Part shown: positions 18,793 to 33,683 of the stretch, piece after piece | How the letters are laid out: each line of letters opens with the position of its first letter | Position numbering within the stretch: position 1 is the stretch's first letter | Source of the DNA: an uncultured Pseudomonadota bacterium | Lineage (GTDB): Bacteria > Oederibacteriota > Muellerivitia > Muellerivitales > Muellerivitaceae | Assembly: GCA_963770835.1 (NCBI GenBank) | Contig: CAVYRH010000026.1 | Coordinates: 1-64,000, forward strand | Length of the DNA: 64,000 nucleotides | Reading direction: 5' to 3' | Notes under the pieces: model-generated | Databases searched by the model: none | Told to the model about the DNA's origin: nothing | What the model saw: the letters and a program-made list of their open reading frames with translations, nothing else | Program-made: the position numbers and the translations under genes

Positions 18793-19991
18793 CGGTAGTG
18801 GAAGGCCTTCCAGCGGAAGTTCCCCCAGGCCTTCGGGGAACAAGAGCGGTTACAAAGGACAGGGCGGGGGCGGCCATTACCGCGACCAACGCGAAGGGGC
18901 CGGACAACCGGGAACACCGGGGCGGGAGCGGCGGAGGTTACCGCGGTGGCAACCGTTACGAGCGCGAAGATCGCCCGCGCGGCGACCGGGGCGAGCACCG
19001 CTACAGCGGCGCCCAACGTCCGGCATCGCAGGGGAATTCAGGAGGTTACCGGGGTGAGCGCCATGAGCCGCGACGGGAAGAGCGCCCGCGCTTTGAACGT
19101 CCCGAGGGCCAACACGGCCCCCGTGGCAGTTCCTGGGTGGAAGTCACCGGCCGTTCGGTGGAGGAAGCCATCGAGGAAGCCTGCCGCCGTTTCAACGTCA
19201 ATAAGAATGACCTCAAGACCGAAACCGTGGAGGAGGGCAGCAAGGGATTTCTGGGCATCGGCTCCAAACCAGCCAAGGTGAAGATTTCCTTGAAGCCCCA
19301 AGCGGTGCCGCCTTTCGCGGAAGGCGTCTTGAGCCGGCTATTGCGCGGTATGAGCCTGCCGGACACGGTGAAAATCCAAAAGGATGAGGACAGCAATACG
19401 GTCTTGAACATTCAGGGCCCCTCCAGCGGTACCCTGATCGGCCGTCACGGCCACAGCCTGGAGGCCCTCCAATACCTGGTTTCCAAGGTCGTCCAGCGGA
19501 TGACGGGAGATGAGAAGTCCATCGTGATCGTGGACGTGGAAAACTACTTGGAGCGCCAAAAGGACAAACTGAAGGAATTGGCCCTCAACCTGGCCCAAAA
19601 GGCCAAGGAAACGGGTGTGGAGATTCCCATGCGCCCCATGAGCTCCAAGGACCGGCGGGTGGTGCACTTGGCCCTGAAGGACCACGAGCACGTTACGACT
19701 GAAAGCCGGGGCGAGGGCTTGCGCCGCAAGGTCGTCATTGTACCCAAGGTAAAGGCCGAGGTGCCGGCTCCGGTCGCACAAGCTGTGCCGACGACGGAAG
19801 GGGAGGCCATCTCTCCGGCCGTGGAACCCGGTAACGCGGCTCCCCCGGAAACCAAAATAGAAGATGAATCGATGGAATCCCAACCGATTCAAGTCGTTGA
19901 AGCGCCGCACCATCCCGGCGAGGGACCCGAACCGGGAAACGCCGCGCCCAAGGAACCGGACATCGATGACAATGTGGGAAACCGGGTGTAA
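18760..19991 (+). CDS. jag: Jag/EloR (KhpB) RNA-binding protein with a long N-terminal extension
   Basis: Jag_N (GRSVEEAIEEA, GFLGIG), KH (LIGRHG.SLEALQYL) and R3H (RRVVH) domains. The likely start ATG18760 is reached via two 1-bp shifts. Confidence 0.9.
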
Positions 19992-20018
19992 TACGGACTG
20001 TTAACTAAAGAATTAAAG

Positions 20019-20050
20019 AAAAGGCTCTCCCAACCGGGAGGGCCTTTTTT
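20019..20050 (+). terminator. Intrinsic terminator after jag
   Basis: AAGGCTCTCCC-AACC-GGGAGGGCCTTTTTT. Confidence 0.8.
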
Positions 20051-20161
20051 GTTTCGGGTTGTTCTGGTGAAGATTCACCAAGTCGGTCACTGAGACAAGC
20101 TTGCGTCGGTTGGTTCCACTGTTTCATGTGTAATCTTAGTTTATGGTAAATTGGTTTTCTT

Positions 20162-21529
20162 ATGTATCAACTTGAAGACACTATCGCCGCCATCGCCACC
20201 CCCGCGGGAATGGGAGGAATCGGCATCGTGCGCGTTTCCGGGGAGAAAGCCTTCTCAGCCGCCCACCAGGTTTTTATTTCTTCTAGTCCTTTGGAACGGC
20301 GACGGCAGGTCTTATTTGGAAAGTTTCACAATTCTCAAACCGGCGAAATCCTGGATGAAGGCATTCTTCTCGTCATGCCCAAGCCCCAAAGTTACACTAC
20401 CGAAGATGTGGTGGAGTTTCACGCGCATGGAAGCCCACCGGTTTTGGAAAAACTTATGGAGGTTCTGGTTTCATTGGGCGTTCGTCCGGCCGAACCCGGG
20501 GAATTCACCTATCGGGCTTTCCTCAACGGCCGCTTGGACCTGACCCAAGCCGAGGCTGTGGAGGCCTTGGTTTCGGCCCAGGGTGAGGCGGCCCGGCGCC
20601 AGGCCTTGCGACAATTGACCGGTGGCCTGGCGGCTCATTTGGAACCGCTGGAGGAATCACTGAAGTCCCTCTATCTCAAAGTCGAGGCACGCCTGGAATT
20701 TTCCGAAGACGGCATCCCGCCGTTGGACCTGGGAAAATTCGAGAAAGAACTTTCGAACGTCCAATCCGGATTAAAGAAGCTTCTTGAAAGCTATCGGCAA
20801 GGCAAGGTGATCCGCGAGGGACTGACCGTGGCTATCGTGGGACCGCCCAACGTTGGAAAATCCAGCCTCCTGAACGCCCTTTTAGGAACCCAGCGGGCCA
20901 TCGTAACGCCCCTTGCCGGCACCACCCGGGACGTAGTGGAGGGTGAAATCCGGCTCAAGGGCGTGAGGGTAAGGCTTTTCGATACGGCGGGAATTCGAGA
21001 GGCCCAAAACGCGGTGGAAGTGGAAGGCATCCGTCGCAGCCGCCAGGTCATCGAAGAGGCGGACATCCTTTTTTGGATTATTGATGCCTCAAACCCCAAG
21101 GAATCCTTGGACGAAATGAAGAAGAGTTCCCTTCCCTTGAGCCGGACTTGGTTCCTGTTCAATAAGGTCGACTTGGTAAAAAACGGGAAGGCCTGGGAAA
21201 GCACGGAGTTGGATCCCCAACGATGTCTTTCCCTATCCTGTCAAACCGGGGAAGGTTTGGACGGCGTTGTGGAAAAAATCGAAGCCTTGATCCAAACGCC
21301 CGCCGGGAGTGAAAACGTGGTTTTAACTTCCGCCCGACACTTGGGGGAAACCCGCAAAGCTTTGGAGTCCTTGGAACGTTTAAGGAACCTCATGGCCTCT
21401 GCCGGGTCTTATGAGTTGTGGGCGGAGGAACTGAGGGAAGCCGCCCTAGCCGTCGGCCGCGTCCGCGGCCGTAACCTCCCCGCTACGGCTTTTGAGGACA
21501 TCTTCACCAAGTTTTGCGTTGGGAAATGA
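20162..21529 (+). CDS. mnmE: tRNA modification GTPase
   Basis: DTIAAIAT, GPPNVGKSS, GTTRD, DTAG, NKVD, terminal FCVGK. Confidence 0.97.
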   Translation: MYQLEDTIAAIATPAGMGGIGIVRVSGEKAFSAAHQVFISSSPLERRRQVLFGKFHNSQTGEILDEGILLVMPKPQSYTTEDVVEFHAHGSPPVLEKLMEVLVSLGVRPAEPGEFTYRAFLNGRLDLTQAEAVEALVSAQGEAARRQALRQLTGGLAAHLEPLEESLKSLYLKVEARLEFSEDGIPPLDLGKFEKELSNVQSGLKKLLESYRQGKVIREGLTVAIVGPPNVGKSSLLNALLGTQRAIVTPLAGTTRDVVEGEIRLKGVRVRLFDTAGIREAQNAVEVEGIRRSRQVIEEADILFWIIDASNPKESLDEMKKSSLPLSRTWFLFNKVDLVKNGKAWESTELDPQRCLSLSCQTGEGLDGVVEKIEALIQTPAGSENVVLTSARHLGETRKALESLERLRNLMASAGSYELWAEELREAALAVGRVRGRNLPATAFEDIFTKFCVGK

Positions 21530-21591
21530 GTTTCCTTTGAAAAAGGTGCGGGTTGTTTTTTTAACAGTCTGTTTCTAATTTCAGCGGGCTT

Positions 21592-22614
21592 CTAATTGGA
21601 AACAGGGCCTTGGGGAGCCATGGCGGGGTTGAAGTAGCGAAAACAATTGCGGCTTTGTTTGGCATGGTAAACAGCTGTATCCGCCCTTTGGATCAAACTG
21701 TCGATATTGTCCCCATCCCGGGGAAAGAGGCTAGCGCCGATACTACAAGTGATTCGAATTTCCTGGTCTTGAAGCCGAGTGGGCTGGGAAATGAACTGAA
21801 GTATTTTTGCACCCACCAACTCCACATCTTCCGGCTGGGCAACGTTGGTCAAAAAAACAGTGAACTCATCCCCTCCCTGTCGGGCCACGGTATCCCCACT
21901 TCGAAGGCAGTTTTGGATACCCTGGGCAACCTCTCTCAATAGAAGATCCCCCGTAGGATGGCCCAAGGTATCGTTGACACTTTTAAAGTGATCTACATCA
22001 ATAAAGAGAACCCCTAGGTGTTTTCCGGTTCGCTCGGCTTGGGAAAGGGCCTGGGAAAGTCGGTCATAAAAAAGCAGGCGGTTCGGCAGACCGGTGAGGG
22101 GATCGTGGTGGGCCAGGTGGTAAAGCTGGGCTTGCTTGCGTTCGGTCATTTCCTTGATAAGTCGTTGCCCTGTACCGATACCCAGGTATTTACCTTTACA
22201 AGTGATAATGAAACCTTCGTAAAGGTATTTTTCTTCCTCGTCCGCGATGATGGAGCTTAAATCATCGAGTCCTACGGTGCTTTCAACAATGAGCGGGGCT
22301 TTTTCCATAACCAATGAAATGGGTTTACGCTCATAGAGCTCTCGAAAAAATCGTCTCGAAAAACGATCGATCAACGCAAAGCGATTCACTAACCCCATGG
22401 GATAGTCATCTTCGACAACCGCGATGGACTGAATGGCGCGGTCGCGGGCAAAAATGCCGTAAACTTCTTCGCATTGAGTTTTCGGATGGACTGGTGGAAC
22501 GGGTACTAAAAGGCGCTGTATGAAATCGCCCATGCTAGGAATCGAGTTTTGGAGGAAAGTGTGGGAATAGCGTCCGGTAATTGGATTCATTTTTACTTCC
22601 ACCCCACAGATCAA
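21592..22614 (-). CDS. CBS-domain diguanylate cyclase
   Basis: N-terminal CBS-like pair, HDPLTGLPNR, RxxD I-site (RSGD) and an intact GGDEF. Confidence 0.9.
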   Translation of the reverse strand: MICGVEVKMNPITGRYSHTFLQNSIPSMGDFIQRLLVPVPPVHPKTQCEEVYGIFARDRAIQSIAVVEDDYPMGLVNRFALIDRFSRRFFRELYERKPISLVMEKAPLIVESTVGLDDLSSIIADEEEKYLYEGFIITCKGKYLGIGTGQRLIKEMTERKQAQLYHLAHHDPLTGLPNRLLFYDRLSQALSQAERTGKHLGVLFIDVDHFKSVNDTLGHPTGDLLLREVAQGIQNCLRSGDTVARQGGDEFTVFLTNVAQPEDVELVGAKILQFISQPTRLQDQEIRITCSIGASLFPRDGDNIDSLIQRADTAVYHAKQSRNCFRYFNPAMAPQGPVSN

Positions 22615-22845
22615 CTGAATTAATCATAAAACTTGCTCTTTGGAGTGGGTTTCGCCAATGTTAATCTTTATGTAAAATATGGTCACGTTTGCTAGGTTTA
22701 ACGGGATCAGAGCGATTCGTTTTTTTAACTGTAAAGTAGTGTCGGGGTCTTAAACAGCACGATCGTTAAAATTTCAAAAATATTTAAATCGCGCCTTCAT
22801 TCCCATTTGGCCGTCTCCTTTTGAAAGTATACAAGTGTATTCTTT

Positions 22846-22861
22846 TGTTTCACATGGAACA
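22846..22861. other. parS centromere-like site
   Basis: TGTTTCACATGGAACA, 14/16 to the consensus TGTTTCACGTGAAACA. Intergenic, upstream of mnmG. Confidence 0.75.
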
Positions 22862-23012
22862 TTAGGAGCGATTCTCGCCTTGCGGTGATTCATCAGTGTT
22901 TGTGCCAAGTGAACCTTGCCCAATCAAACTTAAATGACTGGTTTTGGCGTCGTTGTGCCAAGATAAAACTTGTGTTATAAACTCGCACTGATTTTTTTGA
23001 AGGAAGATTTCC

Positions 23013-24926
23013 GTGCCTTTTCTGCCCTCATCCTATGATGTCATTGTTGTTGGCGCCGGCCATGCCGGTTGTGAAGCGTCTTTGGCTTGCGCACGAATGG
23101 GACTTTCTGTCGCCCTTCTTACCATGAACCCTGACACCGTTGCCAAGATGAGCTGCAACCCGGCCATCGGGGGACTCGCTAAAGGCCACCTGGTGCGCGA
23201 GATTGATGCACTCGGGGGCGAAATGGGAAAGATTACCGACGCCACTTCTATTCAATCCCGCATATTGAACAAGACACAGGGCCCGGCCGTGTGGGGCCTC
23301 CGAGCCCAATGCGACAAGGAACTCTATAACCAGCACATGCGTGAAACCGTTTTGCGCCAGCCTGGGCTTTCCGTGAAGCAAGCCACTGTGGAAAAGCTGC
23401 TGGTGGAAAACAACGTCGTGAAAGGTGTCCTCACTCAATACGGCGAGGAGATCCGCGCCAAGGCCGTGGTCATCACCACGGGAACCTTCCTGAACGGCCT
23501 CATGCACATCGGAGAAACCCAAATCGAGGGTGGCCGCACCGGTGAACTGTCGGCAAAGGGGCTTCCGGCCCATTTAAGGCAGTTGGGGTTTGAAGTGGGG
23601 CGATTGAAGACCGGCACCAACCCCCGTGTTCGGCGCGAATCTATCAATTTTTCTAAGACTGAGGAACAAAGAGGAGATGAGGATCCGATACCTTTCTCCC
23701 ATTTCACCACATCCTTTCCGTTGCAACCCCAGGTTGCCTGCTTTATCACCTATACCAACGAGAAAACCCACCAAGCCATCCGAGACAATATGTCACGCTC
23801 ACCCCTTTATTCAGGGGTCATAAAGGGTATTGGTCCACGGTACTGCCCTTCCATCGAAGACAAGGTGGTGAAATTCCCCGATAAGGAGCGCCATCAGATC
23901 TTCTTAGAGCCCGAAGGGCTCTCCACAAGCGAGTTTTACTTGAACGGTCTCTCCACTTCCCTGCCCCTGGACGCCCAATATGCCTTCCTGCACACTATCC
24001 CAGGTTTGGAAGCTGCCGAAATTGTGCGGCCGGGCTATGCGGTGGAATATGACTTTATCCCTCCAACCCAGGTTTCCCATTCTCTGGAGACTCACCGGGT
24101 GAAAAACCTCTTTCTGGCAGGCCAGATCAACGGCACTTCAGGGTATGAGGAAGCAGCTGCCCAGGGCCTGATGGCGGGTATCAACGCGGCTTTGGCCGTG
24201 AAAGGCCATCCCCCCTTCTTCCTTTCACGCACCGAGGCCTATATGGGGGTCCTGGTGGACGATTTAGTGACCAAGGGCACCGAGGAACCCTACCGTCTTT
24301 TTACTTCGAAAGCCGAATACCGACTCCTTTTGCGGCCCGATAATGCCGACCTACGGGTGATGGAAAAGGGTTTTGAGCTGGGATTAATTCCCCGGGAAGC
24401 CCGGGAGGTCTTGATCGAGAAGAAAGCCAAGATTGAAAGGGGCCTGAGGGGCTTCCGGACCCGTGTCTTGCCCCCCGAAGCCGCGCCGAATGAAACTTTA
24501 CAGCTCACGGTTCAGGACCGCTCCCTGCTTTTGGACAATATCCTGCGCCGTCCTTGGATGACTTATGAGGCCCTCCGGCCCTACCTGCCGGAAGACCTCC
24601 AATTCGAGCCGGAAGTGGCCTTCCAGGTCGAGGTGGAGCTCAAATACGAAGGTTATTTGCGTAAACAACGGCAGGAAATCCAGCGCCAAAGCCGCAATGA
24701 AAACCAGCCCATTCCCCGTGATTTCCCTTATCTGGAAGTGACGGGTTTCGCCCGGGAAGCCAAGGAAAAACTGAACCGGATTAAGCCCGAAACCTTCGGC
24801 CAAGCCGGCCGGATTCAGGGCGTGACCCAGGCCGACTTAGCGGTCCTGCTGTTGGCTTTAAGCCGCTATTCCAAGCTCCAAGCCCAGGTGAGTCCTTCTT
24901 CCTCTTCTTCGGAAACCCAAGATTGA
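23013..24926 (+). CDS. mnmG: tRNA uridine 5-carboxymethylaminomethyl modification enzyme (GidA)
   Basis: [48 protein letters not shown]. Confidence 0.98.
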   Translation: MPFLPSSYDVIVVGAGHAGCEASLACARMGLSVALLTMNPDTVAKMSCNPAIGGLAKGHLVREIDALGGEMGKITDATSIQSRILNKTQGPAVWGLRAQCDKELYNQHMRETVLRQPGLSVKQATVEKLLVENNVVKGVLTQYGEEIRAKAVVITTGTFLNGLMHIGETQIEGGRTGELSAKGLPAHLRQLGFEVGRLKTGTNPRVRRESINFSKTEEQRGDEDPIPFSHFTTSFPLQPQVACFITYTNEKTHQAIRDNMSRSPLYSGVIKGIGPRYCPSIEDKVVKFPDKERHQIFLEPEGLSTSEFYLNGLSTSLPLDAQYAFLHTIPGLEAAEIVRPGYAVEYDFIPPTQVSHSLETHRVKNLFLAGQINGTSGYEEAAAQGLMAGINAALAVKGHPPFFLSRTEAYMGVLVDDLVTKGTEEPYRLFTSKAEYRLLLRPDNADLRVMEKGFELGLIPREAREVLIEKKAKIERGLRGFRTRVLPPEAAPNETLQLTVQDRSLLLDNILRRPWMTYEALRPYLPEDLQFEPEVAFQVEVELKYEGYLRKQRQEIQRQSRNENQPIPRDFPYLEVTGFAREAKEKLNRIKPETFGQAGRIQGVTQADLAVLLLALSRYSKLQAQVSPSSSSSETQD

Positions 24927-25654
24927 GCCTTACCCCTGAAAAGCTGAGGGAAACTCTTGAAAAGGCCGGCCTGCTAACCTTCTTTCCCCCGGATTCCCTT
25001 TCCGCTTTAGTCCGCTTCACCCACCGAATGCTTCAAATCAACGAAAGCCTGAACCTTACCAAATGGACCCGGGATGAAGAGGTTCTGACTTACCACCTGC
25101 TGGATTCGGCCCAAGTTTTGCCAATTTTAAAACCGGTTCTGGGCGAAGACCCCAAATGGGCCGACCTTGGGTCGGGATGTGGCTTCCCGGGTGTGGTTTT
25201 AAAGGCGGCTTTTCCACAGATGGAAATGACCTTGCTGGACTCGGTGGCCAAAAAAACCAAAGCCTTAGAGGAATGCCTCAAAGTCGCCGAATGGGAGCGG
25301 GCAAAGATCCTCACGGGCCGGGCCGAAGAGGTAGGCCGCAATCCCTCAACCCGGGAGTCCTGGGATGGGATCGTGGCCCGGGCCCTCGCCGACTTCCGGG
25401 TGGTTTTGGAGTATGGAATCCCGCTCTTGAAAACCGGTGGATATCTTGTGGACTGGATGACGGAAGAACAATTGGGGACCGTGAATAAATCTCAAGAGGC
25501 CCTGGAGGTCCTTCACGCCAAAGTGGTTCAAACGGCTGAATATTCCCTTCCTGGATTGGATCAACGCCGTTATTTTGTCATGGTGGAAAAATTGGGGAAA
25601 ACTCCAGAGGCTTATCCACGGCCGGTAGGAAAGCCTTCCAAGAATCCGCTTTAA
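24923..25654 (+). CDS. rsmG: 16S rRNA m7G527 methyltransferase (GidB)
   Basis: [34 protein letters not shown]. Confidence 0.95.
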   Translation: MSLTPEKLRETLEKAGLLTFFPPDSLSALVRFTHRMLQINESLNLTKWTRDEEVLTYHLLDSAQVLPILKPVLGEDPKWADLGSGCGFPGVVLKAAFPQMEMTLLDSVAKKTKALEECLKVAEWERAKILTGRAEEVGRNPSTRESWDGIVARALADFRVVLEYGIPLLKTGGYLVDWMTEEQLGTVNKSQEALEVLHAKVVQTAEYSLPGLDQRRYFVMVEKLGKTPEAYPRPVGKPSKNPL

Positions 25655-25742
25655 ACCATTGATCCAACATCCCACTTGTTGTCGGTAGAAACTTTAAAAA
25701 CTAAGTTGAAGACCAACGACCAAAAAATGGCCATCACCCTTA

Positions 25743-25758
25743 TGTTCCACATGGAACA
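25743..25758. other. parS centromere-like site
   Basis: TGTTCCACATGGAACA, a near-perfect palindrome right after rsmG. Confidence 0.8.
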
Positions 25759-26101
25759 AAGATCGAATATCGAGGTTAAAACTCACCTAGTTTTAATGCC
25801 CAATTTATAAGGCTATAATTGGAAAAGACTTTTGAAAAGTTAGGAAATCCCATCATATTTAAAATGTAATTCCAACCCTCCCCGTCTATAATATGGCCGT
25901 CTTTTGGAAATTCTGAACCCGATAGCGTTTAGGCTAAAACCCTATTCCGGAAGGCTTTGAAAGGCCTAAAAACCGTTTTTCAGGCATTGGGAAAGGTTTT
26001 AAGTCGCTTGCTGGAACCCTAACTGGTTCCTTTTTTTATTTTCGGGGCCATTCCCGAGATGTTCCCCTTCGTTGGGAGGACATTATTTAAGAGGTTTTGA
26101 G

Positions 26102-27217
26102 TTGCATGTTAGCTCCCTGCGCCTCTCCCATTTTCGAAATTACGAAGCTCTGGAGGTGGGGTTTCATCCAAAACTGAATCTTTTTTTGGGGCCCAATGCC
26201 CAGGGCAAGACCAACGTCTTGGAAGCCCTTTACTGCCTTTCCACCACCCGGTCTTTTCGGGCCGCGGCGGATGAAGAAATGATCCAATTCGGGCAGGAAG
26301 CGGGGGCGATCGAGGGGGTTCTTCACCGGGAAGAAGGGCAGGAGGCGATACGCCTGGAATTGCGCAAGAGCAAAAACAAAGCCCTCTTCGTCAACGGAAA
26401 AAAGCAAAAAAAACTCTCTTCCCTTTTAGGCCGGCTGCCGGCGGTCGTTTTTTCACCCGACGATTTGTTCTTGGTCAAGGGAGGCCCTTCCTTAAGGCGC
26501 CGATATTTGGATGGGACTATCCTCCAGATCGATCAAGGGTACCTGGCGCACTTGCAGCACTATGAACGGACCCTCAAGCAACGGAATTCCCTTTTGAGGC
26601 AAAAGGTCCCCGGGATCGCAACCCAGTTGGCCGTCTGGGACCAGCCCTTGGCCCAGCACGGGGCAGCCCTCATGGTGAAACGGGCGGCCGTAGCCCGGCG
26701 CTTGTCGGATTTCGCGGGACAAGCCTTGAAGGATTTGACGGGCGGAATTGAGCGGTTCGAAGTGCGTTACGAACCCCAGCTGCCCCTGGAGGAGCCGGAA
26801 GTTTCTTTACAAGAAAAGATGCTGGAGGCCTTGGCCAAGGCCCGGGGGGAAGAGATCGCGCGGGGCGTGACCGTGGTGGGCCCCCACCGGGACGACTTGG
26901 GCCTTTGGGTGAATGGCCAGCCGCTCCGGAAATTCGGAAGCCAGGGCCAACAGCGAACCGGCGCCTTGGCCTTGAAGCTGGCGCAGTTGACCTTCTTCAC
27001 CGAGGGCGGCCACACGGCCCCCTTGGTTTTGTTCGACGATGTGATGGCGGAATTGGATGAAAAGCGCCAGGCGTTTTTTTTGAACCGCCTGCAGCAGGGC
27101 GGCCAGGCTTTTTTAACGGGCACCTCGGCCAACGATTTTTCGGCGGCCTTAGGGGGCGCGCGGATTTTCGGGGTCGAAGCGGGAAGCGTGCGGTTGACCC
27201 AGGAAGGCCCCGGCTGA
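26102..27217 (+). CDS. recF: DNA replication and repair protein RecF
   Basis: FRNY, GPNAQGKTNVLEA, GPHRDDL, GSQGQQR, LFDDVMAELD. Confidence 0.97.
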   Translation: MHVSSLRLSHFRNYEALEVGFHPKLNLFLGPNAQGKTNVLEALYCLSTTRSFRAAADEEMIQFGQEAGAIEGVLHREEGQEAIRLELRKSKNKALFVNGKKQKKLSSLLGRLPAVVFSPDDLFLVKGGPSLRRRYLDGTILQIDQGYLAHLQHYERTLKQRNSLLRQKVPGIATQLAVWDQPLAQHGAALMVKRAAVARRLSDFAGQALKDLTGGIERFEVRYEPQLPLEEPEVSLQEKMLEALAKARGEEIARGVTVVGPHRDDLGLWVNGQPLRKFGSQGQQRTGALALKLAQLTFFTEGGHTAPLVLFDDVMAELDEKRQAFFLNRLQQGGQAFLTGTSANDFSAALGGARIFGVEAGSVRLTQEGPG

Positions 27218-27299
27218 TGCGCCGATTTTCAATAGGGCGGGAGGAAATAAAGGAATCGGTGCGATGCCAACTTCATTGCCAGCCTTATGGAGAGTTGGC

Positions 27300-27635
27300 A
27301 TGAGGCGTCCCAAGCGGCGGAAAAAAGGCGAGGGCGGGTTATTCGAGGTGAGCGAGCTTTTGGAAGGCGCGCTCCAAGCCTTGGGCGTGAAGGGCGATTT
27401 CGAGAAGTTCCGCGTCGAAAAGAAGTGCAGGGAAGTGCTGGGCGAGAAATTTTCCAAGGCCCTGACGGGCGTGGCTTTGAAGGGCCGGGTGGTGGAACTG
27501 GCTTTCAACCACTCGATCTGGATGAACGAAGTGAATTTTCGCAAGGGCGAAATCCTTCAGGAGCTGCAAAAAGAATTCCCGGGCATCGGGATTAAAACCC
27601 TGGCTTTGACTTTGTCGAGAAGCTCGAAGTCCTAA
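27300..27635 (+). CDS. DUF721 / DciA-like protein
   Basis: Conserved position between recF and gyrB, HSIWMNEV.F.K.EILQ.L motif. Confidence 0.75.
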   Translation: MRRPKRRKKGEGGLFEVSELLEGALQALGVKGDFEKFRVEKKCREVLGEKFSKALTGVALKGRVVELAFNHSIWMNEVNFRKGEILQELQKEFPGIGIKTLALTLSRSSKS

Positions 27636-27648
27636 AAGACGTAAAAAG

Positions 27649-30325
<2,677 letters not shown>

Positions 30326-30358
30326 TGATTGAAAGCAAAATCTGGCGAGGCATAGATC

Positions 30359-30765
30359 ATGAAGGTTTTTTTAATCACCACGGTTGTCGTGCTCGTACTT
30401 TTAGCGGCCGTGGAGGATTACCGGCGAAGGTCCTTACTTTTTGTGGATCGCTTTTGCCAGGCAGGGATTGGAGACGAGCTTTTCCTGGCAATTCTAAACA
30501 GGAGATACGACAGTTTTTATCGCTTTTTATAAAAGCATTTGGTTTTTCAGAAAAAGAAAAGCTGAAACTAAATCCCGAAGATAAGATCTTGGGCATTTAT
30601 CAAAAGCTATACCCCATCAAAGGAATGCCGGATGGACTTGAACTGGAAACATTGGACCGGGATTTATTGAAAAACTATGGCTTACAATTAAGAACTATTT
30701 GGAACGAGCAGATGACTTTGGGCAAACTTTTTGCTGAATGTGCTGCTGCTAAACTGAGAAGTTGA
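30359..30765 (+). CDS. Low-GC hypothetical protein with an N-terminal TM, apparently frameshifted near 30460
   Basis: MKVFLITTVVVLVLLAAVEDY...DRFCQ joins GRDWRRAFP... if one G is added. Confidence 0.55.
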
Positions 30766-30785
30766 AAAACGGGTGATCTTAAAAT

Positions 30786-30886
30786 CACCCTCACCCCAAC
30801 CCTCTCCCCTCAAGGGAGAGGGGGGACGAAAAGCGTAAAACCTAGTTTCCCTCGCCCCTTGAGGGAGAGGGACAGGGTGAGGGGTG
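30786..30886. repeat. REP-like composite palindrome (CCCTCACCCC..CCCTCTCCC-TCAA-GGGAGAGGG family)
   Basis: Inverted doublet with a second copy at 37115-37204. Confidence 0.8.
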
Positions 30887-30931
30887 TCGTATCTGTGATT
30901 TCGTGGTTCAAATTTTGAGGTAAGGAAAGAC

Positions 30932-33502
<2,571 letters not shown>

Positions 33503-33508
33503 ACAAAA

Positions 33509-33641
33509 TTGAACCACAGAGTTCACGGAGTACACGCGCCCTGAAGCTATAAACCAGCTTCGAAGCACGGAGTAAGACAAAGAATTTTAAAATTTAAGAT
33601 TTAGGTTTAACTCTGTGACCTCTGTGTACTCTGTGGTTCAA
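33509..33641. repeat. Inverted-repeat element built of ~9-bp CACAGAG/CTCTGTG units
   Basis: TTGAACCACAGAG...CTCTGTGGTTCAA, with relatives at 40127-40190 and 46079-46110. Confidence 0.75.
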
Positions 33642-33683
33642 GATGTTGTTTTCTGCGGTTAAAGATGTTTTTAAGGAAGTTCA

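Noticed and set aside
20120..20135. Third parS-like site TGTTTCATGTGTAATC
   Set aside because: Four mismatches to the consensus and poor symmetry.
25655..26100. oriC in the AT-rich rsmG-recF gap
   Set aside because: No DnaA-box cluster is visible. The only near match, TTATCCACG, lies inside rsmG.
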